Source of the DNA: Macrostomum lignano
Lineage: Eukaryota
Length of the DNA stretch: 64,000 nt
Direction of reading: 5' to 3'
Assembly: GCA_002269645.1 (NCBI GenBank)
Contig: NIVC01000100.1
Location: 434,001 to 498,000 of the forward strand
A program made the translations under genes and the position numbers. Below, in pieces: positions 23,105 through 35,935 of the stretch (its first letter is position 1; every line of letters begins with the position of its first letter). The notes beneath the pieces are model-generated. The model made no database searches and was not told the origin of the DNA. It worked only from the letters and a program-made list of their open reading frames with translations.

Positions 23105-24345
23105 TACAGTAGATTATTCAGTAGCTTAGGCAGTGGGTCAATACAGTAGGTCATACAGCAGATCATACAGTAGCTCAAAGAGTAGATCATGCACTGGGTC
23201 ATACAGCAGGTTATACAGTAGCTCAAAGTAGATCATGCAGTGGGTCATACAGCTGCTCATATAGGGTCATACAGTAGCTCATACAGCAGGTCATACAGTA
23301 GTTCATACAGTAGCTCATATAGGGTCATACAGCAACTCTTATAGAGTCATTCAGCTCATACAGTAGCTCATACAGTAGTTCATACAGTAGCTCATATAGG
23401 GTCATTCAGCTCATACAGTAGCTCATACAGTAGTTCATACAGTAGCTCATATAGGGTCATACAGCAGGTCATACAGTAGCTCATGCAGCAGGTCATACAG
23501 TAGCTCATACAGCAGGTCATACAGTAGCTCATACAGCAGGTCATACAGTAGCTCATACAGCAGGTCATACAGTAGCTCATACAGCAGGTCATACAGTAGC
23601 TCATACAGCAGTTCATACAGTAGCTCATATAGGGTCATACAGCAACTCTTATAGGGTCATTCAGCTCATACAGTAGCTCATACAGTAGTTCATACAGTAG
23701 CTCATATAGGGTCATACAGCAGGTCATACAGTAGCTCATACAGCAGGTCATACAGTAGCTCATACAGCAGGTCATACAGTAGCTCATACAGCAGGTCATA
23801 CAGTAGTTCATACAGTAGCTCATATAGGGTCATACAGCAACTCTTATAGGGTCATTCAGCTCATACAGTAGCTCATACAGTAGTTCATACAGTAGCTCAT
23901 ATAGGGTCATACAGCAGGTCATACAGTAGCTCATACAGCAGGTCATACAGTAGCTCATATAGGGTCATACAGTAGCTCATACAGCAACTCATATAGGGTC
24001 ATACAGTAGCTCATACAGCAACTCTTATAGGGTCATACAGTAGCTCATACAGCAACTCTTATAGGGTCATACAGTAGCTCATACAGCAACTCATATAGGG
24101 TCATACAGTAGCTCATACAGCAACTCTTATAGGGTCATACAGTAGCTCATACAGCAACTCTTATAGGGTCATACAGTAGCTCATACAGCAACTCTTATAG
24201 GGTTATTCAGCTCATACAGTAGCTCATACAGCAGGTCATACAGTAGCTCATATAGGGTCATACAGTAGCTCATACAGCAACTCATATAGGGTCATACAGT
24301 AGCTCATACAGCAACTCATATAGGGTCATACAGCAGGTCATACAG
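23105..24345. repeat. 12/24-bp minisatellite (CATACAGTAGCT / CATACAGCAGGT)
   Basis: Tandem units read directly. Confidence 0.95.
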
Positions 24346-24476
24346 TTCCAAAGCAGGCACAAGCTCGCACGGGTATGCACAACACTTGCTTACTTTTAAA
24401 ATGACAAATTCTAATAGAGTCTAAATTCGCTAATGTTGGCATTTCAGCGGTGCAAACAGGCGGAACACAAGTCAGT

Positions 24477-24941
24477 ATGTCAGAAGACTCCGACTCTCCT
24501 AAACCAAAACGTCGCTGCCTGAAATGCGGCATTGAGAATTGCGAGGCCCAGATAGAAATTGGCAATTCTGATAATAATTTATGCTCTACTCATGCTACTG
24601 ATGAGTATAATAAACGATTATTACGCGCTAAAATGCAAACAATGGAAAATTTAGAAAAGATTCGATCAATAACTGGGGATTTTGAGACTCAGCGACAGTC
24701 TCTACTAGCTGAGCAGCAGTCGCTGCAGCAACAGGTTGAGTCTACTGGAGCAGCTTTCGACTCTGCAATTGCAACAATTGTCCAGTTCCGTGCTCAATTT
24801 CGTCAGGCTGCAGGTTCGATGACGCCCGAGAATAGGGCGGCGGCTGTTGAGCAGTTGCGACAATTGCAAGCTAATATTGATGCTCACATGGGTAATGTAA
24901 TGCGCGAAGCTGGATTAGCTGATGATGGAGCTAATGCTTAA
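24477..24941 (+). CDS. Uncharacterised 154-aa protein with Cys/His cluster and coiled coil
   Basis: Non-repetitive open frame with coding-like composition; CLKC-x4-C-x13-CSTH followed by a Q/E/L/A-rich heptad region; TTTCAG acceptor-like site 30 nt upstream of the ATG. Confidence 0.65.
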   Translation: MSEDSDSPKPKRRCLKCGIENCEAQIEIGNSDNNLCSTHATDEYNKRLLRAKMQTMENLEKIRSITGDFETQRQSLLAEQQSLQQQVESTGAAFDSAIATIVQFRAQFRQAAGSMTPENRAAAVEQLRQLQANIDAHMGNVMREAGLADDGANA

Positions 24942-24982
24942 CTTTATATGTCCCTAGCGACTCTTTTGACTTTTAATGACTC

Positions 24983-25225
24983 AATAGTAATAGTACAAGC
25001 TGAAGGCTGCGTACGGCTGTTCAGTCCAAGGACTGGGGGGTCGCCACACACAGCCTCAATTACCCCAGCTAATGCTGGCACCCATTTTACAGCTGATTGA
25101 ACTGAAGCAATGCAGAGTTGAATAATATCTTAATCAAGGACACAAATTGTTCCGAGTGGGATCGGGAATCGAACCCCCGACCTTCAAGTCGCGAGTTTAA
25201 CGCTCTGACCACTGGGCTACGACTC
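24983..25225 (-). mobile_element. tRNA-derived CORE-type SINE, copy 2
   Basis: Shares head (TAGCCCAGTGGTCAGAGCG...GGTTCGATTCC) and CORE-like block with copies 1 and 3; ends in an ACTATT tail. Confidence 0.85.
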
Positions 25226-26214
25226 AGATGACTACGTGAGTTGCAGTTGCAGAATCATAAAAAAGTCGTTCAAAAGTCGTTGTGTTAGCGCTTAACTTTC
25301 TACTGACTAAAGTAGACTAAGTAGAGTTGTTAGAATATCGATGTGAAATGCGATTCTAATTCATAAAGTCACCCGGCAGCTCAGTGATTCTACAGCAACT
25401 CTGGCGCCGCTTTAGATACTGGGAGTCGTTTAGGGTCGCATAGGGTCGATTCTTTCCTATTTTTAGGCCTTAGGTACCGTTTTTATTGGGCAGCGTCAAA
25501 CGTTTGTTAATTAGATGACGAGGCGATTGTTTACTATATTACATAGATAGTTACTCATGCCGTTTACCCTACGCTGTCGCTATACGCTACAACTTAGCAA
25601 AGTTAGATACCAAAACGTTTTTTACTTTGCTCAATTCAAGCACTACTGTTAGTAGTACGAGAGACGAAACACGTTAAAATTATTGATTATAAAAATTATG
25701 AAATATTATTTTATAGGCTTAGTTAATGTAATTCACATTTTAAAATAAAATCAAGCTTTAAAAAGTAATTATAAAACAGTCTGTATTCCATTCCATGCAT
25801 CTTTGACGTTTCAATACAACTGTTTGTGTTGTTATTATTTGTTATTGAAAGTACTGTTTTTATATAGCATGCATTATGTGTGCATACACCAGATTGTTTT
25901 GTATTGTTTTGCATCTTTCATTATTTTTGTAACTTTATTTAACTGTCCAATGAAGCTTATTTCAATTCTATTGTTATAAACTTAATTTACTTTTGAATTT
26001 AATAATATACAAAGCGTTATTGCTTGATGTCAGATGCACTTTATATCTATTAATCATAGGTAATATTTGTTTTAGAATTCAAAAGTAAGGAACCAATTTT
26101 TTTATGGATTTTTTTAAAAATATATCAGCTTTTGTTTGTTTTAGCTCGTGTTTTATTCACCTGTATTTTTGTTGTATTACATTTTAAGAAAATCAATAAT
26201 TCCTAAAGTAATTC

Positions 26215-26570
26215 CCAAACTCTAAGATTCAATCGTAATTCCCCTTTGATCCATGATTCCCCAGTAATCCATAGTTTCCCAATAATCCATAATTCCCCAA
26301 TAATCCATAGTTCCCTAGTAATCCATAATTCCCCAATAATCGAAAGTTCCCTAGTAATCTATAATTCCCTAGTAATCCATAATTCCCTAGTAATCCATAA
26401 TTCCCTAGTAATCCATAATACCCCAATAATCCATAATTCCCCAGTAATCCATAATTCCCCAATACCCCATAATTCTCCAATAATCCATAATTCCCCAATA
26501 CCCCATAATTCCCCAATGATCCATAATTCCCCAATAATCCATAATTCCCTAATCATCCATAATCCCAACG
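26215..26570. repeat. 18-bp minisatellite (ATAATTCCCCAATAATCC)
   Basis: Tandem units read directly. Confidence 0.92.
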
Positions 26571-26720
26571 AGATCTGTAGTTCTTCTGATTTAAAGTTCC
26601 CTTCTATAGATTCGTCACCCTAAAAATATTTTGCTTAAAAACCCTCGAGGTCATCTGTGACATCCCATCTGGTGCATTAGCAGCCTACTGTAACCCAATA
26701 TTTCATGACTGCCAACAACC

Positions 26721-29348
26721 ATGAGCGGCCCAATGTCTTCGCTCAACAAATCGCGTCGAATGCCGTTTAAACCGCCATCGAATCCGAATTTTGGCGGCGC
26801 TAACAATAACATCAATACTACTCATAGCAACAGTAGTAGAAGTAGTAGTAGGCAGTCCAGCGATTTGACAACTGGAACAGGCGGTGGCGGTTCTAAGAGG
26901 TCTTCGCCTCGGCTGCCCCCAATGTCTTCTTTATCCACTATTGACGACAAAAGTCTGGGCTCGCCGAAATCTGCAAAGACTGCGGAAGACGATTCGGAGT
27001 TGCTTAAATTAGCCAACGAAGTTCTTGATGACGAAGTCAGTCGTAGAATGCGACGCGATAGGCAGAAGCGCGAAACTGCGACAGTGAAATCTGCTGATCG
27101 ACCGCCGAGTGCCCGGGGGAACAGCGACGCAGACCTGCTGGCCACTGCCGTCAGCCGGGTCGGAGCTCTTGAACGGCTGTGCAAGGAGCAGCGGGAGGAG
27201 CTGAGCAGGCGGCAGCGAAGGATCGACGTGCTAGAGGATAAGGTCTGTCTTGGTGTGCAGCTGCCCTCCCAGATCTTCAGTTGCTGGACCAGCCTCCCGA
27301 ATACTCAGTTGCTGGGCCATCCTCCCAGATCCTCAGTTGCTGGGCCAGCCTCCCAGATCCTCAGTTGCTGGGCCAGTGTCTCAGATCCTCAGTTGCTGGG
27401 CCATTCTCCCAGATCCTCAGTTGCTGGGCCATTCTCCCAGATCCACAGTTGCTGGGCCAGCCTCCCAGATCCTCAGTTGCTGGGCCATCCAGATCTTCAG
27501 TTGCTGGGCCAGCCTCCCAGATCCTCAGTTGCTGGGCCAGTCTCCCAGATCCTCAGTTGCTGGGCCATTCTCCCAAATCCTCAGTTGCTGAGCCAGCCTC
27601 CCAGATCCTCAGTTGCTGGGCCATCCAGATCTTCAGTTGCTGGGCCAGCCTCCCAGATCCTCAGTTGCTGGGCCAGTGTCTCAGATCCTCAGTTGCTGTG
27701 CCAGCCTCCCAGATCCTCAGTTGCTGGGCCATCCTCCCAAATCCTCAGTTGCTGGGCCAGCTTCCCAGATCTTCAGTTGCTGACTTGCTGGGCCATCCTC
27801 CCAAATCCTCAGTTGCTGGGCCAGCCTCCCAGATCTTCAGTTGCTGGGCCAGCCTCCCAGATCTTCAGTTGCTGGGCCAGCCTCCCAGATCCTCAGTTGC
27901 TGGGCCATTCTCCTAGATCCTCAGTTGCTGGGCCAGCTTCCCAGATCCTCAGTTGCTGGGCCAGCCTCCCAGATCCTCAGTTGCATGGCCAGTCTCCCAG
28001 ATCCTCAGTTGCTGGGCCATTCTCCCAAATCCTCAGTTGTTGAGCCATCCTCCCAGATCCCCAGTTGCTGTGCCAGTCTCCCAGATCCTCAGTTGCATGG
28101 CCAGCCTCCCAGATCCTCAGTTTCTGGGCCAGTCTCCCAGATCCCAGACAGCTGCATGTTTACATAAATCAATAGCAGCATTCGCAGTCACCAGGTTATA
28201 GTCAATAACACCAATCGTGTTGTGCACAATTCACTCAGGTTCGCCTTCTGACCACAGCCGCTGGCGCAGCCAAAGGCAGCTCCAGAGAAGTGGACTCTCT
28301 GCGATCGCGCTGCCGTGAACTGCAAAAGCAAGTCCACGAGATGGAGAATTTCTTAGCCGATTACGGATTAATCTGGGTTGGAGAAGATGACGCAGATGAG
28401 GCTGCCGACTGGAACTGGGATCCCAGCAGTTTCTGGCGTCCCAAAGATTCGACATCAACCGATGCAGCAGCTGATAGCATTGAGGCCACTCCAAACTTTT
28501 TCAATCGTCTATTAGAATGCATCAGGGAATTGAATCGTCTGGTTGGCGAGGACGAACTGCAAGTGACCAAAACTGGCACTGGAGCTAAACTAGCCAGACA
28601 AAAGTTGGAGTCTGCTATACCTTTATCAGTGTACGCCAATGGTCTGGCTCTGTGGGATGGTCCGTTTCGATTATACACCGAGCCGTCCACTAGGCAGCTG
28701 GTTGCGGACATTCTTGACGGCTATTTTCCAACAGAATTGCAGAGTCGCTATCCGGATGGCGTAGCATTTGTGGTTAACGATAGGAGAGAGGTGCAGTTTG
28801 ACTCTACTAGCAGTAATAGTACACTTGGATTCGCTGGTCAAGGCCGAGTGCTGGGCGGTGGTAGCAGAGATGATCAACAACAGCAGCAGAGACGTCAGCA
28901 GTTCTTAGGCCGTCTGCCAGCCTCGGTTGTGGCAAAATCTGGTCAGCTGGTCGATGTCCGGCAGTCAGTAGCTGATACATTAAGCGCCGGTCATGAGCAG
29001 CAACTACCAGCTCGTCAGCTGTCAAACGTGTTGATTGACGCTTCAGGCGACACCCCAGCCGATCGGGTTGCATCTGTAAAGATTCGATGCAATGTCAGAC
29101 AGGCCAATGCTGGTACATATTTAATCAGATTGCCGTTTAATTCGAAAGTGTCTCAGCTATTTAGCTTGTTGAGAGATCGGGGTGCAATGTCCAATTTAAA
29201 CATTGCCAATGGCGAACAAGTTGCTCTGGTGAATGCTTATCCAAGATCTACGCTAAGTGAGGATGGCGAATCAACGGCTACTGTGGAAGAGTGCGGACTG
29301 GCACCTAATGCTACTCTGATGCTAGTTGTGCAGAAGATTAATAAGTAG
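26721..29348 (+). CDS. UBXN11: UBX domain-containing protein 11 (SEP + UBX), about 543 aa; join(26721..27242,28239..29348)
   Basis: LQKQVHEMENFLADYGLIWVG signature; SEP-like LSVYANGLALWDGPFRLY..QLVADILDGYFPTELQSRYPDGV; C-terminal UBX-like ..APNATLML. Phase-0 intron AAG|GTCTGT ... CTCAG|GTT; AATAAA near 29786. Confidence 0.92.
27262..28148 (+). repeat. 28-bp minisatellite filling the UBXN11 intron
   Basis: Same family as 1-236 and 4470-4963, in the opposite genomic orientation. Confidence 0.95.
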
Positions 29349-30142
29349 TCTTGCTTGACGATTGATTGTAGTGTCATTTTTTATGATGTCGTGTTGTGAG
29401 GTGCGCCTATGATGTCTTATTTCAGGTGTATGTGTGTTTCTGTGATGCCATGTATCAAATGATTAGTGCCTACCATCATGCAGGTATTCTGTTACTGGTG
29501 TCATGTGCTGAATGTCTGTTATGTTATTTTATGTCATGTATTGTATGCCTTATGTCATACCATACATTGTATGTTTGTTATGTTATGTGTTGTATAATGT
29601 CATGTATAAGGCGTATATGACATTATTTTTTAGATATCCGTTATTTGATGTATTGTGTGTCTATTTTATTTTTTTATGTATATTTGCCGACATCTGACGC
29701 ATGTTTAAATCACAGTATGTCCTGGTTTTAAATGTCGTGTATACATGTGTCTATAGTATTTAACGTACGATATGAGTATCTATCTAATAAAGAATCTCAA
29801 AAATGTAATAAATTGCAAATTATATAAGAATGCTACTCGTTAGTTCCACCTGAGGTTTTTTCAAAGTTTTTTGAGATTTTAATTAGATTCTGATAATAAT
29901 TATTACTGTATTTGCAATTAACATTAATTGCTGTGATACTATATTTGACTTTCCAACAACTGTAGTGTCTATTACAGTAATGCTTACTGTGTAATACCAT
30001 CAGTAGTCCGTCCAAAATTATTTTGAAATTTCTCTCTTTATGAAAAATTTTTCTTTGCAATTATTGTAAAATTTGCCTCAGAAAATACATCTGCAATGTT
30101 TCTTTTGTTGCTGATTAATTTCATTTTGTATGTTTTAAAATC

Positions 30143-32046
30143 TGTTATTTCCCATATATTGAGCAGTGTGTGTGTCATTTCCCATATATTGAGCAGTGTG
30201 TGTGTTATTTCCCATATATTGAGCAGTGTGTGTGTCATTTCCCATATATTGAGCAGTGTGTGTGTCATTTCCCATATATTGAGCAGTGTGTGTGTGTCAT
30301 TTCCCATATATTGAGCAGTGTGTGTGTGTCATTTCCCATATATTGAGCAGTGTGTGTGTCATTTCCCATATATTGAGCAGTGTGTGTGTCATTTCCCATA
30401 TATTGAGCAGTGTGTGTGTCATTTCCCATATATTGAGCAGTGTGTGTGTCATTTCTCATACATTGAGCAGTGTGTGTGTCATTTCTCATACATTGAGCAG
30501 TGTGTGTGTCATTTCCCATATATTGAGCAGTGTGTGTGTGTCATTTCCCATATATTGAGCAGTGTGTGTGTCATTTCCCATATATTGAGCAGTGTGTGTG
30601 TCATTTCTCATACATTGAGCAGTGTGTGTGTCATTTCCCATATATTGAGCAGTGTGTGTGTCATTTCTCATACATTGAGCAGTGTGTGTGTCATTTCCCA
30701 TATATTGAGCAGTGTGTGTGTCATTTCCCATATATTGAGCAGTGTGTGTGTCATTTCCCATATATTGAGCAGTGTGTGTCATTTCTCATACATTGAGCAG
30801 TGTGTGTGTCATTTCCCATATATTGAGCAGTGTGTGTGTCATTTCTCATACATTGAGCAGTGTGTGTGTCATTTCCCATATATTGAGCAGTGTGTGTGTC
30901 ATTTCCCATATATTGAGCAGTGTGTGTATCATTTCCCATATATTGAGCAGTGTGTGTGTCATTTCCCATATATTGAGCAGTGTGTGTGTCATTTCCCATA
31001 TATTGAGCAGTGTGTGTATCATTTCCCATATATTGAGCAGTGTGTGTGTCATTTCCCATATATTGAGCAGTGTGTGTGTCATTTCCCATATATTGAGCAG
31101 TGTGTGTGTCATTTCCCATATATTGAGCAGTGTGTGTGTCATTTCCCATATATTGAGCAGTGTGTGTGTCATTTCCCATATATTGAGCAGTGTGTGTGTG
31201 TCATTTCCCATATATTGAGCAGTGTGTGTGTCATTTCCCATATATTGAGCAGTGTGTGTGTCATTTCCTATATATTGAGCAGTGTGTGTGTCATTTCCCA
31301 TATATTGAGCAGTGTGTGTGTCATTTCCCATATATTGAGCAGTGTGTGTGTCATTTCCCATATATCGAGCAGTGTGTGTCATTTCCCATATATTGAGCAG
31401 TGTGTGTGTCATTTCCCATATATTGAGCAGTGTGTGTCATTTCCCATATATTGAGCAGTGTGTGTGTCATTTCCCATATATTGAGCAGTGTGTGTGTCAT
31501 TTCCCATATATTGAGCAGTGTGTGTGTCATTTCCCATATATTGAGCAGTGTGTGTGTCATTTCCCATATATTGAGCAGTGTGTGTGTCATTTCCCATATA
31601 TTGAGCAGTGTGTGTGTCATTTCCCATATATTGAGCAGTGTGTGTGTGTCATTTCCCATATATTGAGCAGTGTGTGTGTCATTTCCCATATATTGAGCAG
31701 TGTGTGTGCCATTTCCCATATATTGAGCAGTGTGTGTGTCATTTCCCATATATTGAGCAGTGTGTGTGTGTCATTTCCCATATATTGAGCAGTGTGTGTG
31801 TCATTTCCCATATATTGAGCAGTGTGTGTGTCATTTCCCATATATTGAGCAGTGTGTGTGTCATTTCCCATATATTGAGCAGTGTGTGTGTCATTTCCCA
31901 TATATTGAGCAGTGTGTGTGTCATTTCCCATATATTGAGCAGTGTGTGTGTCATTTCCCATATATTGAGCAGTGTGTGTGTCATTTCCCATATATTGAGC
32001 AGTGTGTGTGACATTTCCCATATATTGAGCAGTGTGTGTGTCATTT
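30143..32046. repeat. 30-bp minisatellite (ATTTCCCATATATTGAGCAGTGTGTGTGTC)
   Basis: About 60 highly homogeneous units varying mainly in TG count. Confidence 0.97.
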
Positions 32047-32126
32047 AGCTTATATTTTGCAGTGCATAACTGCTACTTTAAGTATCAAATAGATGTATTT
32101 TTAACGCAATTCATGCAACACTAAGA

Positions 32127-34902
32127 ATGTCCTATCAGCTATCAACATCCCCTTTAAGTCAGCTGTTCGCTGACGCCAGCACTAAAGACAAATTTGGTAA
32201 ACAGATTCGCGAGGTCATAATGCAGTATTGCTATCGGACTGGGCTGCTACCTGACGGAGCTGATGACAAAACAATTGATGCCTCAGTGGCCAGTTTGAAT
32301 GAACTTGATGAAGCCGCTAGCAGCTGGTCAAGCTTGCAGGTGCGCTAAGCTGATGTCTGCTGACTGACGCGCCACCACGACCCCTTGACTTAGTAGTTTC
32401 TTAGAAAAGGCAGTCTTGGCATCCCTTGTTTCTCTGGGACTCTGGTTTATCCTATAATTTTTTGTTTCTTAGAAAGGCGATGTTCACTCTGCTTTTTCTT
32501 TAAAAAATCTTTAGTTAACGTATATAGGTTTTTTACAGAGTTTAATTTATCCAGCACCTGAAGTTTCTTAGAAAGACCAGTTAAGCCAGAATTTTTATTT
32601 TCTTAGAAAGGCCTTTTTTCGCTAGCTTAAACAGTTTCTTAGAAACAAAAGGCCAGTTTAGCCAGCATTTGCAGTTTCTTAGAAAAGAAAGGCCAGTTCA
32701 GCCAGCATTTGCAGTTTCTTAGAAACAAAAGGCCAGTTCAGCCAGCATTTGCAGTTTCTTAGAAACAAAAGGCCAGTATAGCCAACATTTGCAGTTTCTT
32801 AGAAACAAAAGACCAGTATAGCCAACATTTGCAGTTTCTTAGAAACAAAAGGTCAGTTAAGCCAGAATTTACAGTTTCTAAGAAACAAAGGCCAGTTCAG
32901 CCAACATTTGCAGTTTCTTAGAAAAGAAAGGCCAGTTCAGCCAACATTTGCAGTTTCTTAGAAAAGAAAGGCCAGTTTAGCCAGTATTTGCAGTTTCTTA
33001 GAAAAGAAAAGCCAGTATAGCCAACATTTGCAGTTTCTTAAAAAGTTTCTTAGAAAGTTAAGTTTACCTCACACATGATCAGCCACTACCCCCATCCGAT
33101 AACCCAGGTGTGCAGTCTGGCGGAGGTGGCTCAACCCCAGAAGCCTCTATTAGGCTGCATCATATTTTATCCAACCTACTCAACTTGGGTTGGCGGCCGG
33201 CTCAGACTGGGGCTAGTGCAGTGCGACAGCAGCCAGCAGTCAAATCAGCAGCTGCTCTATAGCCTGCTCAGATCCGTGATCTGCCGGGCGTTGGATGATG
33301 AAGATTTGCAACGGATTGAACTGCTGCATCCGGCTTCTGATGCTGCCGTATATGGACCGCTCATGCAGCTGGGGTTTGAAGATCTCACTCAGACTGAGGA
33401 GTGGCATTTTGCCAGGTGATTTCTTGAATAATAAACGCCACACCCAGGATCAGAAACCCCACACGCCAGAATCAGAAACCCCACACCCTAGAATCAGAAA
33501 CCCCACACCCTAGAATCAGAAACACCACACCCTAGAATTAGAAACACCACACCCTAGAATCAGAAACACCACACCCTAGAATCAGAAACACCACACCCTA
33601 GAATCAGAAACCCCACACCCAGAATCAGAAACCCCACATCCCAGAATCAGAAACCCCACATCCCAGAATCAGAAACCCCACACCCTAGAATCAGAAACCC
33701 CACACCTCAGAATCCGAAATCCCACACCCTTGAGATCCCATTATCTAACTCGAACGCACAAATCTCCCCACCACGCAGGCTGGACAGGGACGGATTGCAA
33801 AACCTGGCCGAACGTCCGGCAAAGTCCGGCATAGCTGTCCGGGCTGGCGCCGAGTCCGACTGCGCCGAAGTGATGAAGATGATTCATGGATTGGCCAGCT
33901 TTGAAAAACTTCAAGCTCAGGTGAGTTTGTTTTGGCGCCGAAATAAGATAGTAATGGCCCCAAAATTAAATAGTAATGGCCCCAAAATTAAATAGGAATG
34001 TCGCCAAAATTAGATAGGAATGGCGCCAAAATTAGATAAGAATGGCGCCAAAATAAGATAGGAATGGCGCCAAAATTATATAGGAATGGCGCCAAAATTA
34101 GATAAGAATGGCGCCAAAATAAGATAGGAATGGCGCCAAAATTAGATAAGAATGTCGCCAAAATAAGATAGGAATGGCGCCAAAATTAGATAAGAATGTC
34201 GCCAAAATAAGATAGGAATGGCGCCAAAATTAGATAAGAATGTCGCCAAAATAAGATAGGAATGGCGCCAAAATTAGATAAGAATGTCGCCAAAATAAGA
34301 TAGGAATGGCGCCAAAATTAGATAAGAATGTCGCCAAAATAAGATAAGGAATGGCGCCAAAATTAGAAGTTAAAAGCGCGATTAAAAACTTTTTAAACTG
34401 GCGCCAAAAGCCTCACGAGACTACTTACTACTCGTGCAGCAGTAGAAATGCAAGCATTTTCATTCTAAACTATTTTCATTCCAAGGTCCGCATCAACGAG
34501 GATCAATTGAGACGGGATATTTTTGGCGAGCGCAAATTTGCTCAACTATTCATAGCTGAGCGCTCGAATTCGGGGGAAATTCTTGGCTACGCGTTGGCAT
34601 TCGACGAGTTCTGGCCCAGTGGTCGCGGAGTTTGCTTAGAAGACGTGTTCGTTCAGCCGGCGCATCGCGGCAAAGGCGTCTGTAGCGCCCTGTTCTCAGC
34701 TGTGGCTCGCGACTCGCTTTATAATCGGCGTTGCCATTTTATGAGCCTCTGTTATCTGGCTTGGAATTCCGCCGCCTTTGATGTTTACCGACACTACGGC
34801 TTTGTAGACATCACCGGCTCTGATAGCTCCAAGTCGAATGGGGCGCATTTTTTAAGATTGTCGCGCGACCAGTTCCGATCCGCGCTTGGCCGGGCTCTGT
34901 AG
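32127..34902 (+). CDS. Tandem two-domain SSAT-like GNAT acetyltransferase, about 359 aa; join(32127..32339,33108..33415,33779..33920,34486..34902)
   Basis: Three phase-compatible GT-AG introns. Domain 1 has GCIIFYPTYSTWVG and LGFEDLT..EEWH; domain 2 has SDCAEVMKMIHGLASFEK, LEDVFVQPAHRGKGV, WNSAAFDVY and YGFVDIT. Confidence 0.85.
32560..33055. repeat. About 40-bp minisatellite in GNAT intron 1
   Basis: GCAGTTTCTTAGAAACAAAAGGCCAGTTCAGCCAGCATTT units. Confidence 0.9.
33440..33730 (+). repeat. About 22-bp minisatellite in GNAT intron 2
   Basis: AGAATCAGAAACCCCACACCCT units; inverted relative at 36505-36760. Confidence 0.9.
33940..34400. repeat. 22-bp minisatellite in GNAT intron 3
   Basis: GGAATGGCGCCAAAATTAGATA-type units. 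Confidence 0.92.
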
Positions 34903-35294
34903 TATGATTTGGGCGCGCTGTCCTCAGTAGCCTACTGATAGTAGAAATATTGACATTTTTGTCGAATTTCTTTTCTCTCCGCTAAAAATCCTATTGACAA
35001 TCAATATAGGGTCAAATTTTCCACGTTTGTGTAGAAATTTCGATTTTCATTGTTTTGGTTTTGTTTTCAAACAGGAAAAATCTGTTTATTTTGATTTGTT
35101 ATTACATTATTGTGCAGCTTATTACTTGTTATTTCGGCTTCTAGCAGTTTAATACTGTCATTAACCTATATTAGTATTGTTCTGATTGTTTTCCATGTCA
35201 AGTAATTTTGTTAAGGATTGGTCAGTGGCAATCAGTAATGTGCACGACTTAATTGTGCACAGCTTTTATTATGGGACCTTTTGTGCACATACTA

Positions 35295-35935
35295 ACTCTC
35301 CCTCTACCTCTACCCTCCCACTCATCCTCTCTCTCCCTCTCCCCCTCTCCGTCTCTCCCCTCTCCGTCTCTCCCTCTACCTCTACCCTCCCACTCATCCT
35401 CTCTCTCCCTCTCCCCCTCTCCGTCTCTCCCCTCTCCGTCTCTCCCTCTACCTCTACCCTCCCACTCATCCTCTCTCTCCCTCTCCCCTCTCCGTCTCTC
35501 CCCTCTCCGTCTCTCCCTCTACCTCTACCCTCCCACTCATCCTCTCTCTCCCTCTCCCCTCTCCGTCTCTCCCCTCTCCGTCTCTCCCTCTACCTCTACC
35601 CTCCCACTCATCCTCTCTCTCCCTCTCCCCCTCTCCGTCTCTCCCCTCTCCGTCTCTCCCTCTACCTCTACCCTCCCACTCATCCTCTCTCTCCCTCTCC
35701 CCCTCTCCGTCTCTCCCCTCTCCGTCTCTCCCTCTACCTCTACCCTCCCACTCATCCTCTCTCTCCCTCTCCCCTCTCCGTCTCTCCCCTCTCCGTCTCT
35801 CCCTCTACCTCTCCCCTCCCTCTTACCCCTCTCTCTGTCCCTCTCCCTCTACCCTCTCTCTCCCTCTCTTCCTCACCCTCTCCCCTCTCCATCCCGCTCT
35901 CTTACCCTTTCCCCCTCTTCATCTCGCAACTTTTC
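35295..35935. repeat. CT-rich tandem repeat, unit about 67 bp
   Basis: Almost purely pyrimidine strand; recurring CTCTACCTCTACCCTCCCACTCATCC. Confidence 0.9.

Noticed and set aside
26721-28043. 440-aa ORF taken as a complete protein
   Set aside because: Only 26721-27242 is exon; the rest is read-through into the minisatellite intron.
30038-32048. Long repetitive ORFs (CVCHFPYIEQ, MGNDTHTAQY)
   Set aside because: Several frames and both strands are open because of the 30-bp unit; no splice or start context.
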